Below the pieces are notes generated by a model, which did not search any database, was not told the DNA's origin, and saw only the letters and a program-made list of their open reading frames with translations. Positions 53,321 to 64,000 of a stretch of DNA of 64,000 nt are shown in pieces (position 1 is the stretch's first letter; each line of letters opens with the position of its first letter). A program made the translations under genes and the position numbers. Source of the stretch: Lama guanicoe (taxonomy: Eukaryota). The stretch spans positions 2,381,305 to 2,445,304 of the forward strand of contig MU054843.1 in the NCBI GenBank assembly GCA_013239625.1. The letters run 5' to 3'.

Positions 53321-53509
53321 CTTGGGAAAGCAGAGATGTGATAGTTATTAGAAATCTTGTCGATAGAAATTACATCAGTTTCTTTTTAATCTCTTTATCA
53401 GTGAAAAAACAAACAAATAATGCAAAGCATTGTGGGTTTGCTATCTCCAAGAGGAGTTGATGTGGACAGATCCGATTATCTTAAAAACCAGCCTTGTCTT
53501 GTCTCTTAC

Positions 53510-53590
53510 CTTTTAGTGAGCTTGTCATGTTGATCAATCCTGTAAATTCAGCCTAGGGCTGTACCGTCAATTTAATTTCATTATGTTATA
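53510..53590 (-). pseudogene. Exon relic (*HNEIKLTVQP*AEFTGLINMTSSLK)
   Basis: 81 nt, phase 1-1, donor AAG|GTAAGA; phase-compatible with the upstream exon; 2 stops. Confidence 0.45.
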
Positions 53591-54312
53591 CTGTCAGTTT
53601 AGAAATATCTTTACTTTTTAAACAAATAAAGGAGAGTTTAATAAATCAAGGGTAGATTAATAAAAGATGGTTTAATTTTAAATTTTAACTGGATAGGATT
53701 ATTTATATTTGTTTATGTACCAAAAAGGTAGGGATCTATAAGCTCTTGCTATATGGGAACACATTAAATGATACCAGGTGATAGTGTTGTACTTAATTTT
53801 CAATAGGTAAATGCAATGAAATCCTCTTCTTTGGTAGAATTAAGTAAACAATAATAAAATTGGAGTTCAACACTATATACTATGTGGCTCCGTATAATAC
53901 ATGTTGGTATTATTTTGAAGAGTTACTGCCCTTCAATGGCTCTTGGACTGGGAATCAAAAAGCCTGGGCTGGTTATGAACTTAATATGTAATGTTAAGAA
54001 AACCACTTAACTTCTCTGCAAATCAGTTTTCTCATCAGTAAATTGAAAGGGTTGGACAAAATTATCTTTAAGATAAATTCCCAGCAATATATGATTTTAT
54101 AATTACTATGCTTATGACAGAAAATGACCAATAAAAACAAAGAATACAAAGAAGTTTTGCTTTAAAAGTTCATACAGTGACTGGCTTCAAATTGATAATC
54201 CAAGTAAAAAGGATGCATGTGTTGCTTGAAAAAGTTACTGTAATTCAGAAGGAAATGCTAAATGAAAGTTCCAAACTGTTTTCCTTTTGAGTAACACCAT
54301 AAGTTTTGAATC

Positions 54313-54487
54313 TATAAACAAGTTTCTACTGCATAGCACAGGGAGCTATAGTCAATATCTTGTAGTAACCTATAATGAAAAAGAATATGAAAACGAATAT
54401 ATGTATGTACATGTGTGACTGAAACATGCTGTGCACCAGAAACTGACACATTATAAACTAACTATACTTCAATAAAATATAAAAAAA
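54313..54487 (+). mobile_element. Young 5'-truncated L1 3' end
   Basis: aaacaagtttctactgcatagcacagggagctatagtcaatatcttgtagtaacctataatg…tatacttcaataaaa plus A-tail, typical of artiodactyl L1 3' UTRs. Confidence 0.8.
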
Positions 54488-54589
54488 TTTTAAAGTTTTA
54501 TATTATAGTTCTTTATTAATAATATAATGTTGGGCTTATATTTATATAGTAATTTAGTTTTCCAGCTCTCATCCTTTATTTAATAATAA

Positions 54590-54855
54590 GAGCTATCATA
54601 TATCAAGGGCTTAATCTGAGTTTGTTGTTGTTTATTACAAGCATTTTATGTACATTTTCTAGTTTAATTCTCACAGTATACATATGATGTTAATATTATC
54701 AATAAAAATACATAATAATATAAATATAATGACTGGTAAAACCAGGAATAGCGAGGCTGGATAATTGTTCAAGGTCTGATAATTAGCAAATGACAGATTT
54801 TTTTAACCTGGATACATCAGATTCCAAAGCCATCTCTTAGCCACTGTGCTATCCT
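54590..54855 (-). mobile_element. MIR SINE
   Basis: tttaattctcaca…gttcaaggtc…gattccaaagcc…cttagccactgtgct. Confidence 0.55.
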
Positions 54856-55346
54856 GTTTATAATTCTTCACAAATATTTTAGCAAATAAATGTGCTACAA
54901 CTTTCTCCAATTTCTGGTCACTCTTTAAAATGTTAGAAATCTTTTTTTTTTTTTTTTTTGCTGAGCAAGATTCTCACCATTTCAAAAAAAAATTGTGTTA
55001 TTTACTCTTTAATGAAAATGTTAACAATAGAAGATGCTTCTTAGCCATTATGTAAATCCATGGTCTTGTGAAGCAGAAAATTAACACAAGACTTTCTTGC
55101 CATTGTCTATCTGAAGATTGATTTTTCATGGACCAGATAAAGCCACTGTCTTGAGTACAGACACAAAGTCAACGGCAAGTTAGAGATGAGCAAGTTTTCA
55201 GGAGGCACAACCTTCCTACTCAAACCAGTAACTCAATGTAATATCTAGTTCCAAAAATAAAGGTGTTACGACTACTTAAAAATTTCATTTATACCTTTCA
55301 AATGAACAAAGTGAGAAACTAACTCTTACTTTTTGTGTAATCCATG

Positions 55347-55727
55347 TGTTATGGGTTGAATCATGTCCCTGAAAAATGATATGTTGGAGTCTAAACCCCT
55401 AGGACCACAAATATGACCTCATTTTGAGACAGGGTCATTGTAGATGTAATCAAATTAAAATGTGTGGGCCTTTTCGTACGGGCCCTTAATGCAAATGACC
55501 GATGCCCTTAAATAAAATGGGGAAATTTGGTCACAGGGATAGACACAGAGAGAAGACGATATAAAGAGACAAAAGGAGAAGATGGTCATCTAAGGCTGGA
55601 GAGAGGCCTGAAACACAAACCTCAGAAAAAACCGACACCTTGAGTTCCGACTTCCAGCCTCCAGAGCTGTGAGACAATAAATTTCTGCTAAGTCACCCAT
55701 CGGCAGTAACCCTAGCAAACTAACACA
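55347..55727 (+). mobile_element. MLT1B-type MaLR solo LTR
   Basis: tgttatgggttgaat…gacttccagcctccagagctgtgagacaataaatttctg…gcaaactaacaca; TSD CCATG/TCATG. Confidence 0.85.
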
Positions 55728-55836
55728 TCATGTTTTCTAGGCCACGTCAACAGTGTGTTCAGAACTTTAAAGTATCATATCAGTGTTGTTCTGACTTACC
55801 ACTTTTTAGAAAAACCAGACTTACCAATTTACTCAC

Positions 55837-55964
55837 AAATAGTTATCAGTCCTACGCGCTCTGGAACGTTTCCACATTTTTCTCCTTGTATTTTCATTGC
55901 CTGTCTGACATGCTCTTGTCGTAGCCCCTGCTTTGTGAATCCTGCTCTGGTTTCTCTCATTTCC
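55837..55964 (-). pseudogene. Exon relic, stop-free (EMRETRAGFTKQGLRQEHVRQAMKIQGEKCGNVPERVGLITI)
   Basis: Acceptor cttcatcttgcttcccaccAG, donor T|GTGAGT, 128 nt, 42 open codons, phase 2 to 1. Confidence 0.65.
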
Positions 55965-56419
55965 CTGGTGGGAAGCAAGATGAAGACCCAGAATAGAGGG
56001 CGTACGACAGGCCACTAAGGACAGAAAGATGCTCGAGACTCGGGCATGGTCCAGCAGGCTGCACAGGGAGACTACCACGGAGCTGGGATCCAAAGAACCC
56101 CTTATCCTCAGGGCATATTTCCCTTGGTGATCTTACAGGTCATAGGTGGCTGCTCTCAGACTCAGAGACCCTAATCTTGGTCATAATGGTTACAAACACT
56201 GTGCTATGAAATTAATAATTAAGTGGTATTATGCATTCAAAAAATATGCCGACTGACATTACTTGTCAGCTATATGGCTATGCATAATTAAATGTTTCAT
56301 AAAAGGCTAAAGCCCTTATTTATATATTCATTCAGCAAATATTTATTTATGGTCTCCTGTGTTCCAGGCATTTAAATCATTTGTAGAAAGTCACGATTGT
56401 AAAGGTTTTCTGCTGCGTG

Positions 56420-56535
56420 CTTTTGAGCATGGTGTGTAATCCCCTGAGCCTGGTTGCCTGTATTTGTATGAAAAGAGAGTTGTATTATATTACCTGTAAA
56501 GGTCTTCCCAGCTTTAAACTTCTATGATTTTTATG
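56420..56535 (+). mobile_element. MIR/MIR3 fragment abutting an exon relic
   Basis: cccctgagcct…tttgtatgaaaagagagttg…aaggtcttcccagcttta…ttctatgatt. Confidence 0.5.
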
Positions 56536-56550
56536 ATTCAGTTCATTCTA

Positions 56551-57085
56551 TGTTTTAATAATTCTTTGTTTCCAACTTTTGATATCTTTAACTTGTGCAA
56601 AATGCATTATCCTGATTGTAAAGTCCAAATGTGTGGCTGATTCCTTGATCTGGTTAAGGCTGCTCACAGGCTTCGAGCTGTTAAAGTTTTCTAGGTCATA
56701 GACTAAATTTGGAAAATGGCAAGATTTTAAGCAGCCTCTGCTTTAGATTTAGTACCATACTTTCTATTAGCCCCAAACAGCCCTTCTTAACATTTACCTT
56801 CAACTCTGAATATGCTATAAACAGTCCACTTACCTTTTCAACATTAACAGCTATTGTGAACACATTAAAAGGGCACCATTGTGAAGTTTGTTTTATGTTT
56901 CTTTCCATTAAAACATATTATTTTCAACATCTCGCTGTTTTACTTCTTTTCCCTGGTGTTGAGCACAATTACCACAATATTCTTATGGCTCTGCTTTAAA
57001 GCTCACCTCTCGGCTGAAAGCTATACTACGTTGTTAACTCTACAAGGTCCAATAACATTTTCCCAACATGTTGTGACTGTCACCA
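56551..57085 (-). pseudogene. Exon relic (VTVTTCWENVIGPCRV…SHKNIVVIVLNT…VSGLFIAYSELKVNVKKGCLGLIESMVLNLKQRLLKILP/FPNLVYDLENFN…)
   Basis: Acceptor ttgctctccAG; ~178 codons with 3 stops and 2 frameshifts; 3' end abuts a MIR. Confidence 0.6.
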
Positions 57086-57415
57086 CTGGAGAGCAATGCT
57101 CTCAGGGGAAAACGTGAGGTTGGTATGTAGCACGTTCCTTTCTTCTATGCCCTCCTAATTTCAGATAATTATTAAGTTGAAGTTTATTAGCTAATTGTGT
57201 ACATGCTGTGGTATTCAAGTACTTTCATTTACGTGGTTGACAGTAACTAGAGTTTTTTCAACACAGGTATTTTTCTTCAGATTTGGGAGGTGAAACTACA
57301 CTCTACTAATTGTGGTTATTGGAAACCCAGTATGGCTTTAACTCAGATTTAATCAGTTGTAGCTATTAGGGAATTATTTCATGCACATTGGGGAATTATA
57401 TTCATTTTTCTCTAC

Positions 57416-57970
57416 CTAGATATCACCCAATGGGAACTCCACTGAGATGCCCACAAACCACGGGCATTGTTTCACCCGTGACAAGGGGAGCAAGGTTAGG
57501 GACAGGAAGTTGAACCACTTGAGCCAAATAATCTCAAGTTCAAGTTCAGTATTGTGGTAACATTTTAACATTTCTAGTTCTGCTCTTCTCAGTGGTTTCA
57601 GAAAACATAATAACTTTGATTTCAATTAAAATTCATTTCTTGAGTATATACTTGGAAAGCTCTGAGCTTAGTGTGAACTGATTTATTGGTCAATAAATAA
57701 ATTTTGGAAATTGATTTCATTGCTACATTCAGCAAGTACTGTTTTTGGTTCACAGTGTCATTTGATTGATAGCTCTATATGAAAAGATCTCTTTGTTAAG
57801 GATGAAAATTTATCAGATGTGTTTCAAACATGTTCATCCATTCTCCCCATTGTCCTCAGGTTCATACTTGCTAGTGCTCTGATTGGGATTTCATATGAAG
57901 GTTGTTCATCTGGTAACCTTGAGTACCCCCAAGACCATGTCTCAAAAGACATTTGAGAAGACTTAGCTTC
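57416..57970 (-). pseudogene. Exon relic (EAKSSQMSFETWSWGYSRLPDEQPSYEIPIRAL…/DYLAQVVQLPVPNLAPLVTGETMPVVCGHLSG)
   Basis: Acceptor ttttgctttttctcacttgatcttggtcAG, 48 open codons at start, one frameshift, phase-1 end G|GTAGAG compatible with the next exon. Confidence 0.55.
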
Positions 57971-58052
57971 CTGACCAAGATCAAGTGAGAAAAAGCAAAA
58001 AGTGATTTAAGGCATAAAAGACATCTGCAGATGGTGGTGATGATGATGGTTC

Positions 58053-58430
58053 TTTTTTATAGCTTTATTGAGGAATCACTGACACATAATAAACTGCACA
58101 TATTTAAAGCTTATAGTTTCATCAAGAACCCATCAATACTACGAACGTTTCCTCTTGTTCATCTGTAACTCTCCTTCCCATTTCTACCCACTCCATCCCC
58201 AAGCCATGAATCTGCTTTCTGCCATGATAAACTACGTTTTCTAGATGTCTATATAAATAAAATTATGTTGCATGTATTCTTTATTTGTCTGGCTCTTTTC
58301 CTCTGAGAATGGTTAGTTTGAGTTTCGCTCATACTATTGTGTGTACTGATAGTTCACTGCTTTTATTGCTAAATTGCATTCAACTGTATAGACAGACCAT
58401 GATGTGCTCATCCATTCACTTATTGATGAT
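58053..58430 (-). mobile_element. Old L1M (L1MB/MC-like) 3' fragment
   Basis: agctttattgag…aaactgcacatatttaaag…catccattcac. Confidence 0.65.
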
Positions 58431-58680
58431 AGTCAGCAAGAAAAAGCACAGCTCAGCCTCACAACAACAAGGAAATTAATTTTAATTCTGCCAGTAACAC
58501 ACACAGTCTTGGAATAGGATCTTGCATCTGTACATATCAACACCTTGATTTTAGTCTGGAGAAACCCTATGCAAAGGATTCAGCTAACCTAAGCTAAGAT
58601 TCCTGACCCATGGGAACCATGAGATAATAAGTTTGTGTTGTTTTAAACCTCTAGGTTCATGATAATTTGTTACACAGCAG
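58431..58680 (+). mobile_element. MLT1-type MaLR LTR, 3' part
   Basis: caccttgattttag…gagataataagtttgtgttgttttaa…aatttgttacacagcag. Confidence 0.65.
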
Positions 58681-58689
58681 AGGTCAAAT

Positions 58690-59750
58690 GCTTCCATGAA
58701 GAAGTAGCCTATAAAGAAATCAAAGTTTGCCAAGGGAATGGTAGGACGGGAGAAGATTGCCGACAGAGGATGCAGCCTGCTCAAATGCCTGGTGGTGGAA
58801 AGAAAGATTGAGCATTCGAGGAACTGAGAGGGTGCCATTGGCAGGGTGTAGCTATTCAGAAAGAGAATGGATTGAGACGAGCTTGGAGAGGTAACCAGGC
58901 CCTGGAAACGTTTGGGCTTTTTGTTAAGAGCCCTGAGACCTTGGAAAGGGTTGTTAATATGTGTTGCAGGATTGGAGAAGCAGGGAGGATGACTGATGCC
59001 ATCAGGTTTGCTTTTTTGGAAAGATTATTCAAGCTGCAATTTGGAGGCTGGGCTTAGAGAGAGCAACTGTGAATGTGGAAACCGGTTAGGACTGCAGTGT
59101 CGTAGTCCTGGGGAGAGAAGAGGGCAGCACATAGCTGAGTGTTAGCGGTGGAGGCCAACAGTGAGCGAATTTGAGGAATACTTAGGAAGAGCCTTCGACA
59201 ATCACATGGAGGTGTCTGCATGTGCTGATTCGAAGCTAAAAATGTAGGTCTATGCGGAGACAGACTCCCAGACCTGTGGAAGGTAATGAAGCCACAGGTG
59301 TGTATGAAACAAGCTAAGGTATCAGATTCTTCAACACTTAGCTTCTGCAGGATAATATTGCAAAGAAGACTTTCAGTAACCAGAGATACAGGAAGAAAAC
59401 AGTGTGTCAAGGAAGCCAAAAGAAGAATATTTTGAAAAGAGAATTTTGAAAAGGAAGGCATGGTTCACAGTATAAATAAATACTGAGAAGCCAACTAATA
59501 TGAGGTCCGAAGATGTCAGTTGAATTCTGGAGCTCTTACAAAGAGCTGTTCCGGTGAGAGTAATAAGGGTGGGGAGGAAACAGAAACATTGTAATACAGA
59601 CAGCACCTGGGAAAGTCTGTGAAAAAGGAGCACTCTAGCTTAAGGAGAAAAGAGATCAATGAGATTTAAAAAAAAAAAATTGTTTTGCTTGTTTGCTTAA
59701 AAATAGGAAGGATTTAAATATCAAGGGAAAGATCCAGAGAAGGAGTGAAC
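58690..59750 (-). mobile_element. L2 LINE fragments
   Basis: gcattcgaggaactgagag…, tttgcttttttggaaagattattc motifs. Confidence 0.6.
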
Positions 59751-59766
59751 CACTGTCATTCATTAC

Positions 59767-60072
59767 CGCTGTGCTTTCATTACTTGGTGTGACGACAACA
59801 TTTTTATTTAACAGCATATGTAGTCTTCTGAGCCGTTAGAACTTGTCTTTTTCTTTTACTTCTTCCTTTAGGATCCTGGCTTACATTTGAATTACAAAGA
59901 ACTCCAAAGGAAGTTTGTTCAATAAGCAAATACAGGAGCTCAGGCAGAGATTTGTGTTCATTGTTGTAGCTGTTCTATGATCTGGGCTATTCAATTAAAA
60001 AGGCAGTACCTTTAATAGCAGCCCCTGTCTTCTGAGAACACTGTCTAAGCATCTGTGATAATTATTCAGGCT
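59767..60072 (-). pseudogene. Candidate exon relic (CLDSVLRRQGLLLKVLPF… / SLPELLYLLIEQ)
   Basis: Acceptor cctcttctAG, donor GCG|GTAATG, 306 nt, 3 stops in frame 0; motif matches the 57085-56551 exon. Confidence 0.4.
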
Positions 60073-60292
60073 CTAGAAGAGGACTACTACTCACCAGGGG
60101 CTCAGAAATCTAATGGATGAGCAGATGAAGAAAAATACTGTGGAGGACGAATGGGAGGAGAAACTGGAGGAGAATTTCTATTTCCTATAGTATTATTAAA
60201 TTCTTCTTTTAAAGTTAAATTGTTGTCCTAAGAAGTCAATTTTTTTCTTCTGGTAGACATAAGAGCTAGAGCCCAAATTCCATCATCATCAC

Positions 60293-60906
60293 CATCCTTA
60301 AATTCAGGCTGTATCCATGCCACACAATAATTGTAAGAAAGTTATGGCAGTTATTGTTCATTGATTAACAAACTTTATATGTGAAGTCAGCCTTAGCCAT
60401 CATACTTTCTCTGTTCCAATGGGATAACTTCAATCTTTACTTCCCAAGCTTCTACTTTCCTCCCGGACTTCCTATGACCATTCAGGAATCAGCCAAGATT
60501 TTTCTATATGCCCTGCCCTCAGGGCATGGTTGATATTGTAAAACTGCTGAGGAATTGCTCACTGTGAGTCTCAAAATAAACTCGTGAAAAGTACATCAGA
60601 ACCTATAGCTTTGAAATAAATGAACCTACATATTTTGAGTGCCAAAAGTCTGAACTTTATATCATAGAGGAAGGATCAATGAAGAAATGCAAAGGGCCCC
60701 AGTCAACTCTGGGAGACTGCCCAACTGCTACCACGTCAAGCAGGAAGCCCAGTGGGAATCTCACTGTAGATGGTTCAGTGACCATTCAACGATGCACAGA
60801 GCATTGATCATGCAAGGAAAACCTTGTGGTTACCATGAAAAGCGGTCTCCAAACAAGGTGAGTGAGGTACTATCCAAAGAAAGTAGAATTTATTTTCACA
60901 CGGTCT
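60293..60906 (-). pseudogene. Candidate exon relic (…FPLGFLLDVVAVGQSPRVDWGPLHFFIDP…KVEAWEVKIEVIPLEQ…SYNYCVAWIQPEFKD)
   Basis: AG and GT bounded, one frame protein-like but with many stops in the 3' half. Confidence 0.3.
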
Positions 60907-61108
60907 CTGATGTTAGAACATAATTAGTGAGGGAGTTTCTACATGTAACCTTAAAGTGGGAAGCCCCACCCCTACTGCTATGTGCCATTTTTTAAAATTA
61001 AAAGATAATGTCATACATGGGGCAGGTAGCATTAGAGGACATAGAGGAATGAGGCTATCACTACTGAATAAAATTAACAATTGGGGATGGTCACCTTTAT
61101 CCTCTTAC

Positions 61109-61450
61109 TTATTAAGTCAAATTATCAGTCTGTAAAACAAGTCTGATTCTGAAAATCCATACCAACTACTTTAACATTCTTTTTGTTTATTCCATCATAC
61201 ATGTATCCAAGAAAAAAAGACACATGTCACTTGCCAAGTGAAGTATTCACATAATGTGGATTATTATGTGAATACTTCACTTGGCAAGTGACATGTGTCT
61301 TTTTTTCACTCATGATGTCCCCATACTGTTAGGGCAATGGGAGTTCCCAGTGTGTTCCATAGGTGCATTGCCAAGCGATGCCCTCTGTGGATATTAAAGT
61401 AATAAGCACTTAGAATGGATTCTTGTGGCATTAATTTATTCTGTGTAATT
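61109..61450 (-). pseudogene. Candidate exon relic (ITQNKLMPQESILSAYYFNIHRGHRLAMHLW… / YDGINKKNVKVVGMDF), interrupted by the palindrome
   Basis: 47 open codons from the AG at 61452-61451; donor GTAAGA at 61108; frameshifted. Confidence 0.35.
61211..61307. repeat. Perfect inverted repeat, 45-bp arms, 7-nt spacer
   Basis: 61211-61255 (GAAAAAAAGACACATGTCACTTGCCAAGTGAAGTATTCACATAAT) is the exact reverse complement of 61263-61307; spacer GTGGATT. Confidence 0.97.
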
Positions 61451-61699
61451 CTACAGCATGTAGATTCTGATAAATTTTGTTTATGTTAAAAAGTTATTTT
61501 TTTGACAATTTAATTCTGGTATTAAGATTGCTCCTAATTTACTGTAGCCTTCTTTTAAAAGTGATGGATATAACATATAAGTTGCTTAGTTATTTGACAG
61601 ACGTGGCTTCTGAGAACTGTCCAAATATTTTCTTCTTTTGGCTTAAGAATTGCTTGGGACTAGCTTTCATATAAAATAGCACAAAATCATTTATTAAGA

Positions 61700-61945
61700 A
61701 ATATATAAACTATATATATATAGAAAAATTTCTAGAAGGTTGTAAAAGGGTATATTATATATATATATGTTCTAGGAGGGTATACAGAAACTGTATACAG
61801 TAGTTAACTCTAGAGAAGGAAGTTGAATGGCAGAGATGGGGATGGTTGCAGGGATTGAGGAAATTTTTAATTTTTTCTATTTATAATTCTGTATTGTTCT
61901 TTTGGGTTTTTAAACAATGACCTGGTATTAACACTGTAATTGAAA
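61700..61945 (+). mobile_element. Old L1ME-type 3' end relic
   Basis: tctaggagggtatacagaaactg…acagtagttaactct motif. Confidence 0.45.
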
Positions 61946-63065
61946 AAAATGCCTGTGACTTAAGACACTCATCTGGCTTCTTTTGCACATGCTTCGCTTC
62001 ACGTTTTAGAATGCATTTGCCCCTTTTCTAGGTCATCGCTGTTTACAATTTTGCATATAAAACACACTAAAACAGATAGCTCTCTGACTAGACTATAGAA
62101 TGCTTTTGTTCTTTTCCTCCTTTTCCTGTGAAAAAGATTTGTAAAATGAGATCAGTAAAACACTGAGATTAAATAAAAATCAGTAATGGCACTAAATTCT
62201 CAAGATAGACATTCAGTAGCAACTATTAATCACAGTTACGTGTATTTTATCTACATATCATCTGCAAATAAATTTATTTTAGTAGAGTGCTTAGAGCAGT
62301 ATATTTCCAGAATAGGCATTTCAGCAGTGGGATAAATTGTGCATTCATGTTTTGTATAGGGTGCGACAAATCCATTTATTGCTTATTTCACTTTTTATGA
62401 TTCCTATAACAAGAAGTACAATAAAATGGAATATGAGTGTCCTGAGGCACTCACTACTCTATATAAATAGGATTTTTAATTAAGGAAGAAAACACATGAT
62501 TACTTATTTTATTAATTTAATCTTAGTTTTTGTCATTATATGCCTTTAAATCAGCTGCAGTATATTTGGGTCTGAAATACCATCATACTGAATAAAAGTC
62601 TAGAAATGATGAAGCGAATGTTGCTAAAGAGATCAAGATGTTATTTCAAGACATTATTTGGATAGAACTCTCATTTATTTTGTTTTAGATGGTGGTCCTA
62701 AAACCACCAATTTTTTTTAGCTAAAGTAGCTTTTCCTTCTTTTAGTGTCACATAACAACTTTGCTACCTCTAAGTGATTTTAATACAACTTCTAGTTTTT
62801 ATAATAATTTTCTTGATAATTAAATTCTAAAGGTACGTGTTCATTAGAAAAAAGAAATACCATCATTTTAAATCTGGAGACAAATCAAAATAATAGAGAG
62901 GAAAACCACCTAGAATAATTTTTTAAATATTCAGATAATTTTTAAGGAAATAATTATCATTTAATTAAATAAAATCAAAAATTATTTTTGAAAACCTTTA
63001 ATAATTCAAGAAATATTTATCAAATTATTACCAAGTATGAGATGATGCAATAGGTATTATAGGAC

Positions 63066-64000
63066 ATTTATTTATTCATTCAAAAATGCTTATTGAACAT
63101 CTACTATGTGTCAGGTTCTATTCTAAATTCTGGGGATATATTGGTTAATAAAACAGATCATTCAAAACAATTTTTTAACACTATTATGTCCCAGCCATTC
63201 TTTTTGAAACTGGGATACAGTAATGAACTAAAAACATTCCTTGTTCTCTTGGAGCTTATATTCTAGCTGATAAAGACAGACATATGTAAGGTAAATAAAT
63301 AAAATACATAGTATGTCACAGTGGTCATTGCTGAGAGGAAGTATAAAGGAAAGTTGGAGGTCTGAAATGTTGGAGAGTGTGTGCAAATTTTTAGATAGGG
63401 TGCCAGGGTAAAATTAACCAAGATCATCACATTTTAGTAAGCACCTGAAGCAAGCAGGCAGAACTATACCTGGGAAATAGCTGATATCTTGACAAACAGA
63501 AGCCTAGGCAAAAGCAGTAGAAAATGCAAAGGCCCTGAGGTAGGATTGTATCTGAAGTGTTTCAGAAATAGTGAGAAGATCAATGTGGATGTTGTGCAGA
63601 GGACAAGATGGAGTGACTAGATGAGATTAGAGGGGCAATGAGGAAACAATTACCTTTGTAATTGATTTTATATGGCCTTATAGGTCATTGTAAGAATTTG
63701 GGCTTTTACACTAAGAGGAGTGGAAAGTCACAGGAATTTTTTGAGCAGCAAGATGACACAGCTTGACTTATGTCTCAATAGGATCACTTGGTTGTCTTTA
63801 AACTATACTTTCATGTGCAAGGAGAAAAGTAGGGAGACTAGATGAGAGGCTGTCCCAATGACTGAGTTTGGCTATGATGCTGGTGAAGTGGTCAACATCT
63901 GAGTATATGTTGCAGTTGGAGCCAACAAGATAGTCAGACAATCTTTATATGGAGTGGGTGAGAAATCTAGGGGCCAAGAACCACCCCAAGGTTTGGAGCT
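63066..64000 (-). mobile_element. L2 LINE (two tandem 3' ends)
   Basis: ttattcattcaaaaatgcttattgaacatctactatgtgtcagg…, second 3' end near 63157; gcaaaggccctgagg. Confidence 0.75.

Larger units (their letters stand above)
42310..61450 (-). pseudogene. Decayed multi-exon gene (candidate unitary pseudogene) encoding a large repeat-module protein, tentatively raftlin/DUF4177-like
   Basis: About 18 minus-strand segments, most bounded by polypyrimidine-AG and GT(A/G)(A/T)G-type sites, several phase-compatible in order, with few stops and a recurring protein motif; separated largely by TE-containing introns. Confidence 0.7.

Noticed and set aside
53115-53351. Plus-strand ORFs at 53115, 56709, 42245, 49214 and 60687
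   Set aside because: Best explained as antisense shadows of the minus-strand exon relics.
1-64000. CRISPR arrays, operons, rRNA or other prokaryotic systems
   Set aside because: The sequence is mammalian; no repeat-spacer array or dense ORF structure is present.

Overview
AT-rich mammalian genomic DNA, most likely camelid (three vic-1-type tRNA-derived SINEs and artiodactyl-type young L1 3' ends), with one 138-N gap. (1) The + strand carries the last coding exon (8937-9039) of a gene I cannot name, followed by a ~4.5 kb 3' UTR ending at an AATAAA at 13514. (2) From ~14 to 42 kb the sequence is intergenic and dominated by L2, MIR, L1M and MaLR/ERVL relics. It includes a Mutator-like DNA transposon retaining FLYWCH-like and catalytic transposase remnants (32008-32901) and a chimeric young-L1/old-L1M insertion with target-site duplications (TSDs). 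(3) The main result, not evident from the ORF track: the - strand from ~61.4 kb to ~42.3 kb contains about 18 splice-bounded, partly phase-compatible, stop- and frameshift-damaged exons of one large decayed gene. Its translation is built of a recurring module (Y-x-x-hydrophobic strand / helix / G-W-x-L-x-x-hydrophobic-L-P / T-x-K-hydrophobic strand) that tentatively resembles raftlin/DUF4177-type units; it is a candidate unitary pseudogene. A perfect palindrome with 45-bp arms (61211-61307) lies inside one candidate exon. All translations and family names were made by eye and need confirmation by homology search.
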